Numbered from the stretch's first letter, positions 43,349 through 56,083 are shown. The stretch is 64,000 bases of DNA from an uncultured Gemmatimonadaceae bacterium (GCA_963751275.1 CAVVTZ010000007.1:192001-256000), one strand, 5' to 3'. Program-made: numbers and translations. The notes: generated by a model from the sequence alone, not told the origin.

Positions 43349-44545
43349 ATGGATCGAGCGAAGAACCCCTTTGCACCCGGCGCCGGGACCCGCCCTCCGG
43401 AACTGGCAGGCCGCGATCAGATCATCGAGGATGCGACGGTCGCGCTCAAGCGCGTTCTCGATGGCCGGCCCGCAAAGAGCCAGCTACTGCTCGGCCTTCG
43501 CGGGGTCGGCAAGACAGTCCTGCTGAACCGCATCGGCGAGATCGCCGAGGAGGAGAACTTCCTCACGGTGGTGCTGGAGGCGCCCGAGAGCCGGCGCCTG
43601 GCGGAAATGCTTGTTCCTCCGCTGCGCGCGACGCTATTCAAGCTCAGCGGTATTGCGCACGCTCGCGATCTGGCGAATCGGGGGATCCGCGTGCTGCGAT
43701 CGTTCGCAAGCGCGTTCAAGGTCAAGTACGGCGGAGCCGAGTTCAGCGTCGAAGCCGAGAGCGGCGTCGCGGACTCCGGCGACCTGGAATCCGATCTGCC
43801 CGCGCTGCTCGAAACGGTGGCGCGCGCCGCGAAGGCGGCCGGCCGCGGTGTGGCCATCCTCATCGACGAGGTCCAGTATCTCTCGCAGGCGGACCTGAGC
43901 GCGCTCATCGTCTCGATCCACCGGATCGCGCAACGTGATCTGCCGCTGCTCGTCTTCGGCGCGGGTCTTCCGCAGCTCGCGGGGTTGGTGGGCGAGGCGA
44001 AATCCTACGCGGAGCGGCTGTTCGACTTCCCGGATGTGGGTCCGCTGTCGCCAGCGGCGGCCGCGCAGGCGATCCGCCAGCCGCTCCTCGAAGAGGGCGC
44101 CGAGATCGAACCGGCCGCGCTGGCGCTCGTGGTGGAGCGCACGCAGCGCTATCCGTACTTCCTGCAGGAGTGGGGCTCGCAGGCGTGGAACGTCGCCGCC
44201 GCGTCGCCGATCACTTTCGCCGATGTCGAGCGCGCCACCGAGAATGCGCGGACCGCGCTGGACAACGGATTCTTCCGCGTTCGCTTCGACCGGCTCACGC
44301 CCAGGGAGCGCGACTACGTGCGCGCGATGGCGGAGCTGGGGCCCGGCTCGCACCGCTCGCCGGCGATCGCGGCGCTCCTCAAGCTGCACGTGACCGCGGC
44401 GGCGCCGATCCGGGGCGACCTGATTCGCAAAGGCATGATCTACAGCCCGGCCCGCGGCGACACGGCGTTCACGGTGCCGATGTTCGATGACTTCATGCGG
44501 CGGATGATGCCCGACTGGAAACCGCCGGCGCACCGCCGGCGCTGA
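43349..44545 (+). CDS. AAA_16-like P-loop ATPase with probable C-terminal winged helix
   Basis: NPFAPGAG..P.ELAGRD, Walker A GLRGVGKT, Walker B ILIDEVQ, YPYFLQEWG, LIRKGMIY. Confidence 0.85.
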   Translation: MDRAKNPFAPGAGTRPPELAGRDQIIEDATVALKRVLDGRPAKSQLLLGLRGVGKTVLLNRIGEIAEEENFLTVVLEAPESRRLAEMLVPPLRATLFKLSGIAHARDLANRGIRVLRSFASAFKVKYGGAEFSVEAESGVADSGDLESDLPALLETVARAAKAAGRGVAILIDEVQYLSQADLSALIVSIHRIAQRDLPLLVFGAGLPQLAGLVGEAKSYAERLFDFPDVGPLSPAAAAQAIRQPLLEEGAEIEPAALALVVERTQRYPYFLQEWGSQAWNVAAASPITFADVERATENARTALDNGFFRVRFDRLTPRERDYVRAMAELGPGSHRSPAIAALLKLHVTAAAPIRGDLIRKGMIYSPARGDTAFTVPMFDDFMRRMMPDWKPPAHRRR

Positions 44546-44839
44546 CTACAGCTTCTCGATCCCCTCGCGGCCGATGCCCGGCACCCACGGCAGGATCTCC
44601 CACTGCGCGATGCCGGCCTTGATGTAGGGATCGCCATCGCGCACGGCATTGAGCGCGGCCGACGCGCCCTCATCGGGCACGCGCAGGATCGCCGCGCCGC
44701 CGTGGCGCGGCTCGAAGGGTCCGGACACCAGCAGGATCCCCTTCGCCTTGAGCCCGCCGAGGTACGCGCGGTGCTCGTCCACCACCTTCAGGATCTCCTC
44801 GAGCGGCCGCCGGTAGCGGATGATCGCGATGGCATACAC
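44546..44839 (-). CDS. YciI family protein
   Basis: EHRAYL, LVSGP...GG, DPY. Confidence 0.8.
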   Translation of the reverse strand: MYAIAIIRYRRPLEEILKVVDEHRAYLGGLKAKGILLVSGPFEPRHGGAAILRVPDEGASAALNAVRDGDPYIKAGIAQWEILPWVPGIGREGIEKL

Positions 44840-44841
44840 CG

Positions 44842-45288
44842 CTACTTGAGTTCTTCGGCGAGCGCTTCCGCGAGCGCGCCCCATGCCAGCAGCGCGCACT
44901 TGAGCCGCACCGGCAGCCGTGACACGCCGGCGAGCGCGCGCAGATCGCCGAGCGCCGCATCGCGCGCGGCCGCGTCATCGCCATGGACCATTTCCGTGAA
45001 ACGGCGCGCGAGGCGCTCCACCTGCTCGCGCGATTTCCCCTTGAGCTGCTGCGTCATCATCGACGCCGACGCCTGCGAGATGGCGCAGCCCTGGCCCGTG
45101 AACTTCACGTCGTGCACGGTGTCGCCGGCGAACTCGATCTGGAGCGTGATCTCGTCGCCGCATAGCGGGTTCTTCTTGTCCACCGACACGTTCGCGCACG
45201 GCAGCTCCCCGCGGTTCCGCGGGCGCCGGTAGTGGTCCAGCAGCACTTCCTGGTAGAGCGCGCTCAGCGCGTCGTCAGACGGAGGCAT
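44842..45288 (-). CDS. sufU: SUF system NifU/SufU family protein
   Basis: LYQEVLLDHY, NPLCGDEI, GCAISQASAS, RLKCALL. Confidence 0.93.
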   Translation of the reverse strand: MPPSDDALSALYQEVLLDHYRRPRNRGELPCANVSVDKKNPLCGDEITLQIEFAGDTVHDVKFTGQGCAISQASASMMTQQLKGKSREQVERLARRFTEMVHGDDAAARDAALGDLRALAGVSRLPVRLKCALLAWGALAEALAEELK

Positions 45289-46504
45289 GGCCGAAGAGTT
45301 CGAGTGCGGCGCGAAGGCCGCCGATCAGCGCATCCACATCCCGCTCGTCGTTGTACACCGAGAAAGATGCACGCGCCGTCGAGCCCACGCCAAGCCGGCG
45401 CATCAGCGGCTGCGCGCAGTGGTGCCCCGCGCGAATGCGATGCCCCGCGCATCCAGTATGGACGAAAGATCGTGCGGATGCACGTCCGCGAGCGTGAAGC
45501 TCACCACCGCGCCGCGCCCCGTGCCCGCGGGCGGACCGTACACCCGCACGCCCTCCACCGATGCCATCTGCCCGATCGCTCGCGACGCCAGCGCGCTGCC
45601 GTGCGCGTGCACCGCGTCCATGCCGAACGTCGCGAGATAGTCCGCCGCCGCGGCGAGCCCCACGGCGCCCTCCACGTTCGGCGTGCCCGCCTCGAACTTG
45701 TGCGGCAGCACGTTCCAGGTGCTGTGGTCATCGTGCACGAACTCGATCATGTCGCCGCCAGTCTTGTATGGCGGCATCGCCTCGAGCAGCGCGCGCCGGC
45801 CCACCAGCGCGCCCACGCCCATCGGGTCCGAACATCTTGTGCCCGCCGAAGGCGTAGAAGTCCACGCCGAGCGCGTCGATCGACACGGGCATGTGCGGCG
45901 CCGCCTGCGCGCCATCGCACACGCTGATCGCACCCGGCGCCGCCTCGCGCACCAAGGCGGCGATCTCGCGCACCGGGTTCACCGCGCCCAACACGTTCGA
46001 CACGTGATTGAACGCCACCACGCGCGTGCGCGCGGTCACCAGTCCGCGAAGCTGCTCGAGGTCCACGGAACCATCCGCGCCCAGCGGCGCGATCGTGAAC
46101 TCGGCGCCGCGCTCGAGCGCCAGCTGCTGCCAGGGGACGAAGTTGCCGTGATGCTCCGCCGCCGTCACGATGATCCGGTCGCCGGCGCGCACGTTGGCGC
46201 GCCCCCACGTGGCGGCCACGAGGTTCAGCGACTCGGTGCATTCCCCCGTGAAGAGGAACGTGTCGGGATCGGCCACGCCGAAGAAGCGCGCCAGCCGCTG
46301 GCGGGCGTTCCGGTACGCCGACGTCGCGCGCGCCGAGAGCGCGTATGCCCCGCGATGCGGGTTCGCGTAGTCGCGCGTGTAGAACTCGGCGATCGCGTCG
46401 AGCACCACGCGGGGCTTCTGTGATGTCGCCGCCGTGTCGAGGTACACGAGCGACGGATCCGCCGCGAGCAGCGGGAAATCCGACCGCGGCGCGAGCGCGC
46501 TCAT
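45275..46504 (-). CDS. sufS: SufS cysteine desulfurase (frameshifts ~45827, ~45435)
   Basis: YLDTAATSQKP, EHHGN, HVSNVLG, DGAQ, GHKM, FEAGTP, RAGHHCAQP. Confidence 0.9.
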
Positions 46505-46824
46505 GTGCGGCGCGGCCCCACGCAGATCATGCCGCCGATCACCATCACGCGATACACCGCGATCGGCTCCTCAGCGGGCGGATGCACCGGCGTGCCGGTG
46601 GTCAGGTCGAACTGCGCACCATGCCAGGCGCATTCGAGCCGGCCGCCGGGCAGCAGCGTGCCATTGTCGAGCGGGAATTCCTGGTGGGAACAGTGGCCGG
46701 CCACCGCGCGGATGGTGCCGCGGTCGTTGATCAGGCACACGTGCTCGCCGGCGGACGTTCGGGCGGCGAGCAGCGTACCGAGCGGCAGGTCATCCGCGGG
46801 CACCAGCGGCTCGTAGCCTTCCAT
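46501..46824 (-). CDS. Rieske [2Fe-2S] ferredoxin
   Basis: CSH...CAWHGAQFD. Confidence 0.9.
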   Translation of the reverse strand: MEGYEPLVPADDLPLGTLLAARTSAGEHVCLINDRGTIRAVAGHCSHQEFPLDNGTLLPGGRLECAWHGAQFDLTTGTPVHPPAEEPIAVYRVMVIGGMICVGPRRT

Positions 46825-48140
46825 CAGGCGCCGGCTCCGGCCCCGGCGAATCGCGCGAGCGAGAGCGACTCGAGGCGGTCGCGCACCGGCGCGAGCTCGA
46901 TCGTCTCGATCACGTCGGCCGCGAACGCGTACGTGAGCAGCCGGCGCGACCGTCGGCGCCGATGCCGCGGCTCTCCAGATAGAACAGCGCCATCTCGTCG
47001 AGCCGGCCGACGGTCGCGCCGTGCGTGCACTTCACGTCGTCGGCGAAGATCTCGAGCTGCGGCTTGGTGTCCACCCGCGCGCGCTCGGAGAGCAGCAGGT
47101 TCGTCGTTGGTCTGCTTGCCGTCGGTCTTCTGCGCCTCGGGATGCGACGTACACCTTGCCGTTGAACACGCCGTGCGACGCGCCGTCGAGGATCCCCTTG
47201 TAGAGTTCGCGGCTGCGCAGCGGGCGCGAGGTGCTCGATGCACGTCTGATGGTCGACGTGCTGCGTGCCGTCGGTCATGTACAGGCCGTTGAGCGCGTCG
47301 CCGCATCCCGGCCCGGCGAGCTGCCGTGTAGATGTTCGTGCGCGAGAGCGCCGCGCCGCTCGCGAACGAGAAGGACTGGTAGTGGCTGTCGCGCCCCTGC
47401 ACGGCTTCCACCGTGGCGACGTGAAAGGCCCGCTCGCTCTCGCGCTGGATCTTGTAGTGTCGCAGCGTCGCGCCATTCGCCCACGTGCGATCTCCGTGAC
47501 TGCATTCGTGAGGTACGCGCGCCGCGCCGGTGGACACGTAGCTCTCCACCATCGCCGACCTGCGATCCGCGCTCCGCCACGATCAGGTTCCGCACATGCG
47601 CCGCGCCCTCGGCGGCGTTCGCATCGGCGAGAAGAGGAGATGCACCGGCGACGCCGCCTCGACGTTCGCGCCAATGTGCACCACGGCGCCGTCGTCCAGG
47701 AAGGCGGTGTTGAGGGCCGTGAACGGCGCGTTCTCCGCCTTGGCGATGCGGGTGAGGTGCCGTTCGAGCAGCTCCGGCGCTTCGCGCCACGCGCGCGGCA
47801 TGTCCATCACGCGCACGCCGGCGCTCGCGGTGCCGGTGGAGAGCTCGGCGCGGAAGCGGCCGTTCACGAACACCATCACCGGCCACGACGGGTCGAAGCG
47901 ATGCGCCGCGAGCGCCAGGGCATCCACCGTGGTCGCGACGCCGTGCAGCAGCCGGAACTCCGCCGCCGCGATCGGCGGCGGCGTTCGTGAAGTGCCAATC
48001 TTCGTTCTTCATCGTGGGGAAGCCGAGCGTCTCGAAGCGCGCGATCGCGGCGCGGCGCGCATCGCGCAGCCACGACGGCGCGGCGGCCCCGCCGTTCTTC
48101 GCGAACACCGCGTGCTGCTCGACGTAGTCCTGCACCGTCG

Positions 48141-48144
<4 letters not shown>
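46824..48144 (-). CDS. sufD: Fe-S assembly protein SufD (multiple frameshifts)
   Basis: [52 protein letters not shown] spread over several frames. Confidence 0.88.
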
Positions 48145-48894
<750 letters not shown>

Positions 48895-48922
48895 GGAATG
48901 CCTGTTCTAAGAAATGGTATGG

Positions 48923-49027
48923 CGCGGGACTCGGGACTCGGGACTCGCCGCGGGACGCGATAACACAGAGAGCGTGCTTTCGTCAGTTGTCGCGTCCCGC
49001 GGCGAGTCCCGAGCCCCGAGCCCCGCG
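48923..49027. repeat. 42-bp inverted repeat with GGGACTC 7-mers between sufB and sufC
   Basis: 48923-48964 vs 48986-49027, 39/42 matched. Confidence 0.9.
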
Positions 49028-49031
49028 TAGT

Positions 49032-50465
<1,434 letters not shown>

Positions 50466-50505
50466 ACGGGCTCCGGATCCGCGCACGCGTGGCGTTGGTG
50501 TCTTA

Positions 50506-50533
50506 AGCCTAGCGATTCTATCGGAATTGTCAA
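50506..50533 (-). promoter_or_regulatory. Sigma70-type promoter of suf operon
   Basis: TTGACA-N16-TAGGCT on minus strand about 40 nt upstream of sufB ATG. Confidence 0.55.
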
Positions 50534-50617
50534 CGTCGCAGCTTCGCGGACTTCCCCTGCGTAATGTCTTGCGGCGGAATGCGTTACGTGGATGGCGCCG
50601 GGTAAGGTGTTTCCTGA

Positions 50618-50666
50618 CGCAGTGCGGCATTTCTCCCTTGCGCGCCATGCCGCACTGCGGTATAAT
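50618..50666 (+). promoter_or_regulatory. Sigma70 promoter of phaR-like gene overlapped by a 13-bp inverted repeat
   Basis: TTGCGC-N17-TATAAT (50638-50666); CGCAGTGCGGCAT (50618-30) / ATGCCGCACTGCG (50647-59). Confidence 0.75.
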
Positions 50667-50672
50667 CCGCCT

Positions 50673-51140
50673 GTGAACACTCGCCACATCACCCGCTACG
50701 GGAGCCGCAAGCTGTACGACAGCTCCGCCCGGCAGTACGTGTCGCTCGATGACCTCGCGCGCCACGTACGGGCCGGGGAACACCTGCGGGTGATCGACAA
50801 GAAGACGGGGCACGATGTCACCGCCCAAACGCTCGCGCTGGTGCTGTACGAGCAGGCGCGCCAGGGCGAGCAGCTCCTCACGAGTGAACTGTTGCACGAC
50901 GTGATCCGCTCGGGGATCGGGCAGCTGCAGGAAAAGGTCGATGAGATCGTCACCGCCGGCGTCGATCGGGTGAAGCCGCTGCTCCATGCCCGCGAAGAGA
51001 TGGCGCGGCTGCGTGCCGGGATCGCGGGGATCGAGAAGTCGCTGAGGGAGTTCGCGAAGGAGACGAAGAGCGGACCTCGGCGCACAACTCCCGGCGCCCG
51101 GCAACGGCGGACGGCGAAACGCAGGAAACGGGAAGCCTAG
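50673..51140 (+). CDS. phaR: PhaR-type PHA accumulation regulator (DNA-binding domain)
   Basis: [39 protein letters not shown]. Confidence 0.82.
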   Translation: MNTRHITRYGSRKLYDSSARQYVSLDDLARHVRAGEHLRVIDKKTGHDVTAQTLALVLYEQARQGEQLLTSELLHDVIRSGIGQLQEKVDEIVTAGVDRVKPLLHAREEMARLRAGIAGIEKSLREFAKETKSGPRRTTPGARQRRTAKRRKREA

Positions 51141-51208
51141 ATGATCCCGGTGATGTGACACAGGCACGCACTCGGGATGAACCACTTACCTGCTGAGAGG
51201 AACCAGTT

Positions 51209-51694
51209 ATGAAAAAGACCAACGCATTCGCACCCAAGGCGATCATCGCCAAGACGGCCGAGATGGCGCAGGAGCGCGCGCTGCAGGTGCAGGAGACGGC
51301 GCAGAACGTATGGTTCGCCGGACTGGGCGCGCTCGCGCTCGCCGAGGACCGCAGCGGCAAGCTGTTCAAGGAGCTGGTGAAGAAGGGCGAGGCCGTGGAT
51401 CTCAAGAACAAGAAGATCTTCAGCGGCATGGTGAAGGACGTCGAGGCCCGCATCGAGTTCGCGAAGGAGACCATGGTGGACGCGACCAGCGGCACGTACG
51501 AGAAGGTGAGCGGCGGCCTGGAGAACGGCATGGCGAGCGTGATGCACACGTTCGGCGTTCCCACCCGCAATGAGATCAAGACGCTGACCAAGAAGGTCGA
51601 CCTGCTCACGCAGAGCGTCGACAAGAAGTCCAAGCGGGCGATCAGCGCCGGCACCAAGCGGGTGCGTAAGGCGACCGCCGCCGCGCGCAGCTAG
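51209..51694 (+). CDS. Phasin, PhaF/PhaI-like granule-associated protein
   Basis: AQNVWFAGLGAL, KLFKELVKKGE, FGVPTRNEIKTLTKKVDLL, basic tail. Confidence 0.85.
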   Translation: MKKTNAFAPKAIIAKTAEMAQERALQVQETAQNVWFAGLGALALAEDRSGKLFKELVKKGEAVDLKNKKIFSGMVKDVEARIEFAKETMVDATSGTYEKVSGGLENGMASVMHTFGVPTRNEIKTLTKKVDLLTQSVDKKSKRAISAGTKRVRKATAAARS

Positions 51695-51711
51695 CAACCG
51701 ACGGGAGCGAG

Positions 51712-52965
51712 ATGCGCCGCATGCGCCGGCACGCCAGCCGCAAGATCGGGCTGGCGCTTGCCGGCGGCGGTCCGGAGGGCGCCGTGTACGAGATCGGCGC
51801 CCTGCGGGCCCTCGAGGAAGCGCTGGACGGGATCGACTTCAATGATCTCGACAGCTATGTGGGGGTGAGCGCCGGCTCGTTCGTCGCCGCCCTCCTCGCG
51901 AACGACATCCCCATCTCGCAGCTCGTGCGGATGATCGTCACGCACGAGCCCGACGAGCAGCCTTTCCACTTCGAGAAGTTCTTCGCGCCGGCATACGGCG
52001 AGCTCGCGCGGCGCGGCCTCATGCTGCCCGGCCTCGTCGCGGAATCGATCCTGAAATTCGCACAGAAGCCCGGCGACCAGAGTCTGCGGGAGGCGTTCAC
52101 GCTGCTCGGCCGCGCGATCCCCGTTGGACTGTTCGACAACGATCCGATCCGCCGGTATCTCGAGCGGACCTTCGCGCGCAAGCACCGCACGAACGATTTC
52201 CGGAAGCTGCGCCGCAAACTGATCGTGGTCGCGGCGGATCTCGACTCCGGCCGGCCGATCCTGTTCGGCGGCAAGGGATGGGACCACGTGCCCATCTCGA
52301 AGGCCGTGCAGGCGAGCACGGCACTGCCCGGCCTCTATCCGCCGGTGCAGATCGATGGCTCCGATTGCGTGGACGGCGTGCTGCTGCGTACGGTGCACGC
52401 CTCGGTGGCGTTCGAGCAGGGCGTGGAACTGCTGCTGTGCGTGAACCCGATCGTGCCCACGGATGTCCGGCAGGCGGTGGGGCAGGGCCTCATGCCGAGC
52501 GGCATCCTCACGCGCCGCGGGCTGCCGTCGGTACTGTCACAGACGTTCCGTACGCTCATCCATTCGCGGCTGGAGGTGGGATTGTCGCGCTACGCGACGC
52601 ATTTCCCCGGCGCGGACCTCGTGCTCTTCGAGCCGGGGCGGGACGAGTACGCGATGTTCTTCTCGAACATGTTCAGCTTCTCGTCGCGGAAGGACGTGTG
52701 CGAGCTCGCGTACCGGCACACGCGCCGCGAGTTGTGGTCGCGCCGCCGCGTGCTCGAGCCGCTCTTCAAGAAGCACGGCGTGACGCTGCGGCTCGATGTG
52801 CTCAAGGACGAGACGCGCTCCGTGTGGGAGAGCGCCGGCGTGTCGACCAAGCGCCGCGCCAAGGTGTCCGCCAAGCTCCACCGCGCGCTGGCCGCGCTCG
52901 AGGACTCGGAGCGCTCCGTGAATGGCAAGCGGCGGCTCGGGCGCAAACGGAAGGTCGCGGTATAG
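51712..52965 (+). CDS. Patatin-like phospholipase/lipid hydrolase
   Basis: LALAGGG, GVSAG nucleophile, ASTALPG, VDG. Confidence 0.9.
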   Translation: MRRMRRHASRKIGLALAGGGPEGAVYEIGALRALEEALDGIDFNDLDSYVGVSAGSFVAALLANDIPISQLVRMIVTHEPDEQPFHFEKFFAPAYGELARRGLMLPGLVAESILKFAQKPGDQSLREAFTLLGRAIPVGLFDNDPIRRYLERTFARKHRTNDFRKLRRKLIVVAADLDSGRPILFGGKGWDHVPISKAVQASTALPGLYPPVQIDGSDCVDGVLLRTVHASVAFEQGVELLLCVNPIVPTDVRQAVGQGLMPSGILTRRGLPSVLSQTFRTLIHSRLEVGLSRYATHFPGADLVLFEPGRDEYAMFFSNMFSFSSRKDVCELAYRHTRRELWSRRRVLEPLFKKHGVTLRLDVLKDETRSVWESAGVSTKRRAKVSAKLHRALAALEDSERSVNGKRRLGRKRKVAV

Positions 52966-53023
52966 GCTTCGCGCCCATGGTGGTCGAGTCCCGCGCACCC
53001 GCGCGACCATCACGGTTCAAGCT

Positions 53024-53199
53024 TTGAACGGATGAGACGGATGAATCCGGATGACACGGATCGCTCCCGCGGCGCGGGAGCTCTCCATTCTCCGGCACCC
53101 TTGTATCGCAGTATCCGCCAGATCCGTAAGCAGTTTGCGCGATGTCCTTTGGCGTGCGCATCGTGCCCGTTCACGCGGTCTCCGTCAGATCCGTTCCAA
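53024..53199. repeat. Degenerate inverted element with periodic CGGAT/ATCCG units
   Basis: ttgaaCGGATgagaCGGATgaatcCGGATgacaCGGAT ... tccgtcagATCCGttccaa. Confidence 0.6.
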
Positions 53200-53230
53200 C
53201 AGCTGTACCGCGATCTCCCCTTGCGGATCC

Positions 53231-54416
53231 CTACTTCCGCGGCGGCAACGGCCGGTCCTTCAGCCGCCAGATGAACTCGCCGCGGATCTCGCGCGCGCGC
53301 TCCTTCGGGATGCCGCGATAACCATACGGCGGTTTGCGCCACGCCCGGCAGAGCGAGAGGATCGGCCAGCCGAAGGGCAGGTAGTACCCGATCAGATCGA
53401 GGTCCCGCAGGAAGGCGTGCAGCCGGTTCTTCGGCGGCGCGCGGCGCGCGTCCCGCTCGTGGCGCACGAACGCCAATGGCCAGCCGAGCGGCACGATCTT
53501 CCAGAATTGCCCGCGCGCTTCCTTCATCTTCTTCCAGAGCGTGTCCACGCGGTACGGCTTGCGTCCGTGCAGCTGCACCAGCTCGTTCAGCTCCACCTGC
53601 ATCCGGTGCCGCACCTTCACGGCCACGGTGCGCAGCTTCTCCCGGTCGGGCTCCTCGAGATCGCCGCACTCCTCCTCGCGCACGAGCTTCGCCATGTCGA
53701 TGGGCTCGCCGACCACGAAGATGAGGTTCGCCGGCAGCGCCAGGTACCACATCCACGGGAAGATGATCGCGAGGATCCCGATCGGCAGCGGGAGGAACGG
53801 CACGGTGAACACCCGCTGCATGAACTTGTCGAGCGGCTTGAAGGGGAACCCGAACGGGTTGATCCACTCGGCGTTGATCATGTACACCGGCAGCACCGGC
53901 GTGCGGTTGCGCGCGCCGAGCAGCACGAAGCTCGTGCTGAAGCGCTGCAACTGATAGCGGCGGTGGAATCCCTTGCCGATGCCCGGCACGCCCTCGGGGA
54001 AATACAGCACCCGCTCCTTCCGCTTGAGCAGGATGTCGAAGTTGTCGAACAGCATGTCCACGCCGCCGCCGCGGCGCCAGAAATCATCCAGCCCGAATGG
54101 CCGCATCCACCATGCGAAGCTCAACTCCTTCTCGTACACCGTGCGCAGCTTCGACTCCTTCGTGTAGCCGTAGTGCTTCCAGAGCAGGCTGTCGAAGACG
54201 ATCGCGTCGAAGGGGAAGGCGTTGCCGCTGTGGTTACCGGCAAGGATCACGGGGCCGTGGTCGGGGATGTGCTCGAGCCCGAAGATCTGCGCGCGGAACC
54301 AGAATGTCGTTGATCGGCCCCATGACGTGCGCGCAGATGTCGTGCGCGAACGCGGGCTGGAACGGCTCCCATTCGTGCGTGGGCAGCGGCGGCGGCGCGG
54401 GGTCGTTGCGGCTCAT
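53231..54416 (-). CDS. LPLAT superfamily (MGAT/DGAT2-like) acyltransferase (frameshift ~54303)
   Basis: WFRAQIFGLEHIP..GPVILAGNHSGNAFPFD, YFPEG..GIGK...RYQLQRF, VGEPI. Confidence 0.85.
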
Positions 54417-54420
54417 CGCG

Positions 54421-56082
54421 CTACCGCCGCGTGGCGAGGATGAAGGCCAGCCCGAACAGCGGCGCCCAGGCGTACCACGGCGCGTGGAACGCGACGAGGA
54501 TCGCTCCGGCGACGAGGCACGCCCCCGCGATCAGCGTGCCGCGCAGTCCGGACAGCGGATTCTCCGCCGGCCGTTTGATCGACCGCTCGAGCACGCGCAC
54601 GCCGTCCGTCACGAGCGACGGCATCTTCAAGAGCGCATCCACGAGGTCCGGCGCGCCGCGCAGTTCCTCCTGGAAGAGCCGCACCGGGCTGAACTGCCCG
54701 ATGAACACCCGCCGCACGTGCGAGCGCGATTTCTCCGCCACGTCGAAGCCCGGCAGCAGCATGTGCCCCACGCTCTCGTACGTGATGAGCGACTTCACCA
54801 TCAGCACCAGCTCCACCGGGAAGTACATCCGGAACTGCGCGCCCTTGCTCACGCTCTCGAGCGTCAATTGCGCGAGCGAGAAACCCTCGAAGCTCGCCGC
54901 GCGCTTCCACCGCCCGGAGATCTCGGCCACTTCGCGGCGGAACCCTTCCGGATCGCCGCGGCGCCCGGGCTCGGCCACCGATGCGAGGTACCGCGCCGCG
55001 TTCTCCGCGTCGCCCATCACGAGCGAGTAGTAGTAATAGAGCAGCCCACGCCGGAGCTCGTTGTCGAGTCGACCGACCATGCCGAGATCGATGAAGCCCA
55101 CCTGCGGGCCCGGCAGCACCACGAGATTTCCGGGGTGGAGATCGGCGTGGAAGAAGCCGTCCTTGTAGATCATCTGGATGATCGAGCCCGTGCCGAGGTC
55201 CACGAGACGCTCGCGGTCCTCGAGCGGCAGCGCCTGCGCCCTCTTGGAGTCCGGTCGCTCGCCGTCCAGGAACTCCATGGTAAGCACGGTGCGCGAACTG
55301 TAGTCCCGGAAGATCGTGGGGAAGATGATGTCGGGCTGGTCCGCGAAGTTCGCGTGGAAGGTGTCGCAGTTGTCCGCTTCGCGGCGAAGATCGACTTCCT
55401 TCAGCGTGTAATCGCAGAATTCCTTGATGATCCGCTGCGGCTGGTAACGGCTGAAGAAGAGCTGCAGCGTGGCGCCCACTCCCCGAAGCAGCTTCGCGTC
55501 GGTGATCAGCGTCTCGCGGATGCCCGGCTTCACCATCTTGATCACGACGTCGTCGCCGTGGATGGTGGTGGCCCGGTGGATCTGCGCGATCGACGCGGAG
55601 CCGAGCGGCACCTCGTGCACGTCCGCGAACATCGCGGCGATCGGACGGTCGAGGCTCTTCTCCACCATCTCGCAGAACACCGGGTACGGCACGATCGGCA
55701 AACGGTCGAGCAGATTGCGCAGCTCGTCGGTGATCGGCTTGGGGAGGATGTCCTCGCGCAGGCTCAGGATCTGTCCGAGCTTGATGTACGTGGGGCCGAG
55801 CAGTTCGAGCCGCCGCCGCAACTGCACGGGGAACGGCTGGTCGCGCAGGTCGCGGCGGATGAACGGCCGCACGAGGAAGGCGCCTGTGCCGGCGATCGCG
55901 CGCAACAGATAGCGCGGATCACGCGCATCGCGCAGGCTGTGCGAGTACGAGACCAGTCCGCCCGCGAGCAGCGCGGTCGTCTGGTGCACGGTCACCACGA
56001 AGCGGCGCGCGAGGCTCGGCGCCCGCGTGTCCGTCATGAACGTGAAGCCCGGCGGCGCGCCCTCCGCCGCGGTCGCCGTCAT
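54421..56082 (-). CDS. AarF/ABC1/UbiB family atypical kinase
   Basis: LGPTYIKLGQ, GSASIAQIH, FHADLHPGN, IDLGMVG, two C-terminal TM helices. Confidence 0.93.
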   Translation of the reverse strand: MTATAAEGAPPGFTFMTDTRAPSLARRFVVTVHQTTALLAGGLVSYSHSLRDARDPRYLLRAIAGTGAFLVRPFIRRDLRDQPFPVQLRRRLELLGPTYIKLGQILSLREDILPKPITDELRNLLDRLPIVPYPVFCEMVEKSLDRPIAAMFADVHEVPLGSASIAQIHRATTIHGDDVVIKMVKPGIRETLITDAKLLRGVGATLQLFFSRYQPQRIIKEFCDYTLKEVDLRREADNCDTFHANFADQPDIIFPTIFRDYSSRTVLTMEFLDGERPDSKRAQALPLEDRERLVDLGTGSIIQMIYKDGFFHADLHPGNLVVLPGPQVGFIDLGMVGRLDNELRRGLLYYYYSLVMGDAENAARYLASVAEPGRRGDPEGFRREVAEISGRWKRAASFEGFSLAQLTLESVSKGAQFRMYFPVELVLMVKSLITYESVGHMLLPGFDVAEKSRSHVRRVFIGQFSPVRLFQEELRGAPDLVDALLKMPSLVTDGVRVLERSIKRPAENPLSGLRGTLIAGACLVAGAILVAFHAPWYAWAPLFGLAFILATRR

Positions 56083-56083
56083 G

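Noticed and set aside
50673..52965. Complete PHA biosynthesis cluster
   Set aside because: There is no phaC, phaA or phaB in the window, though they may exist elsewhere in the genome.
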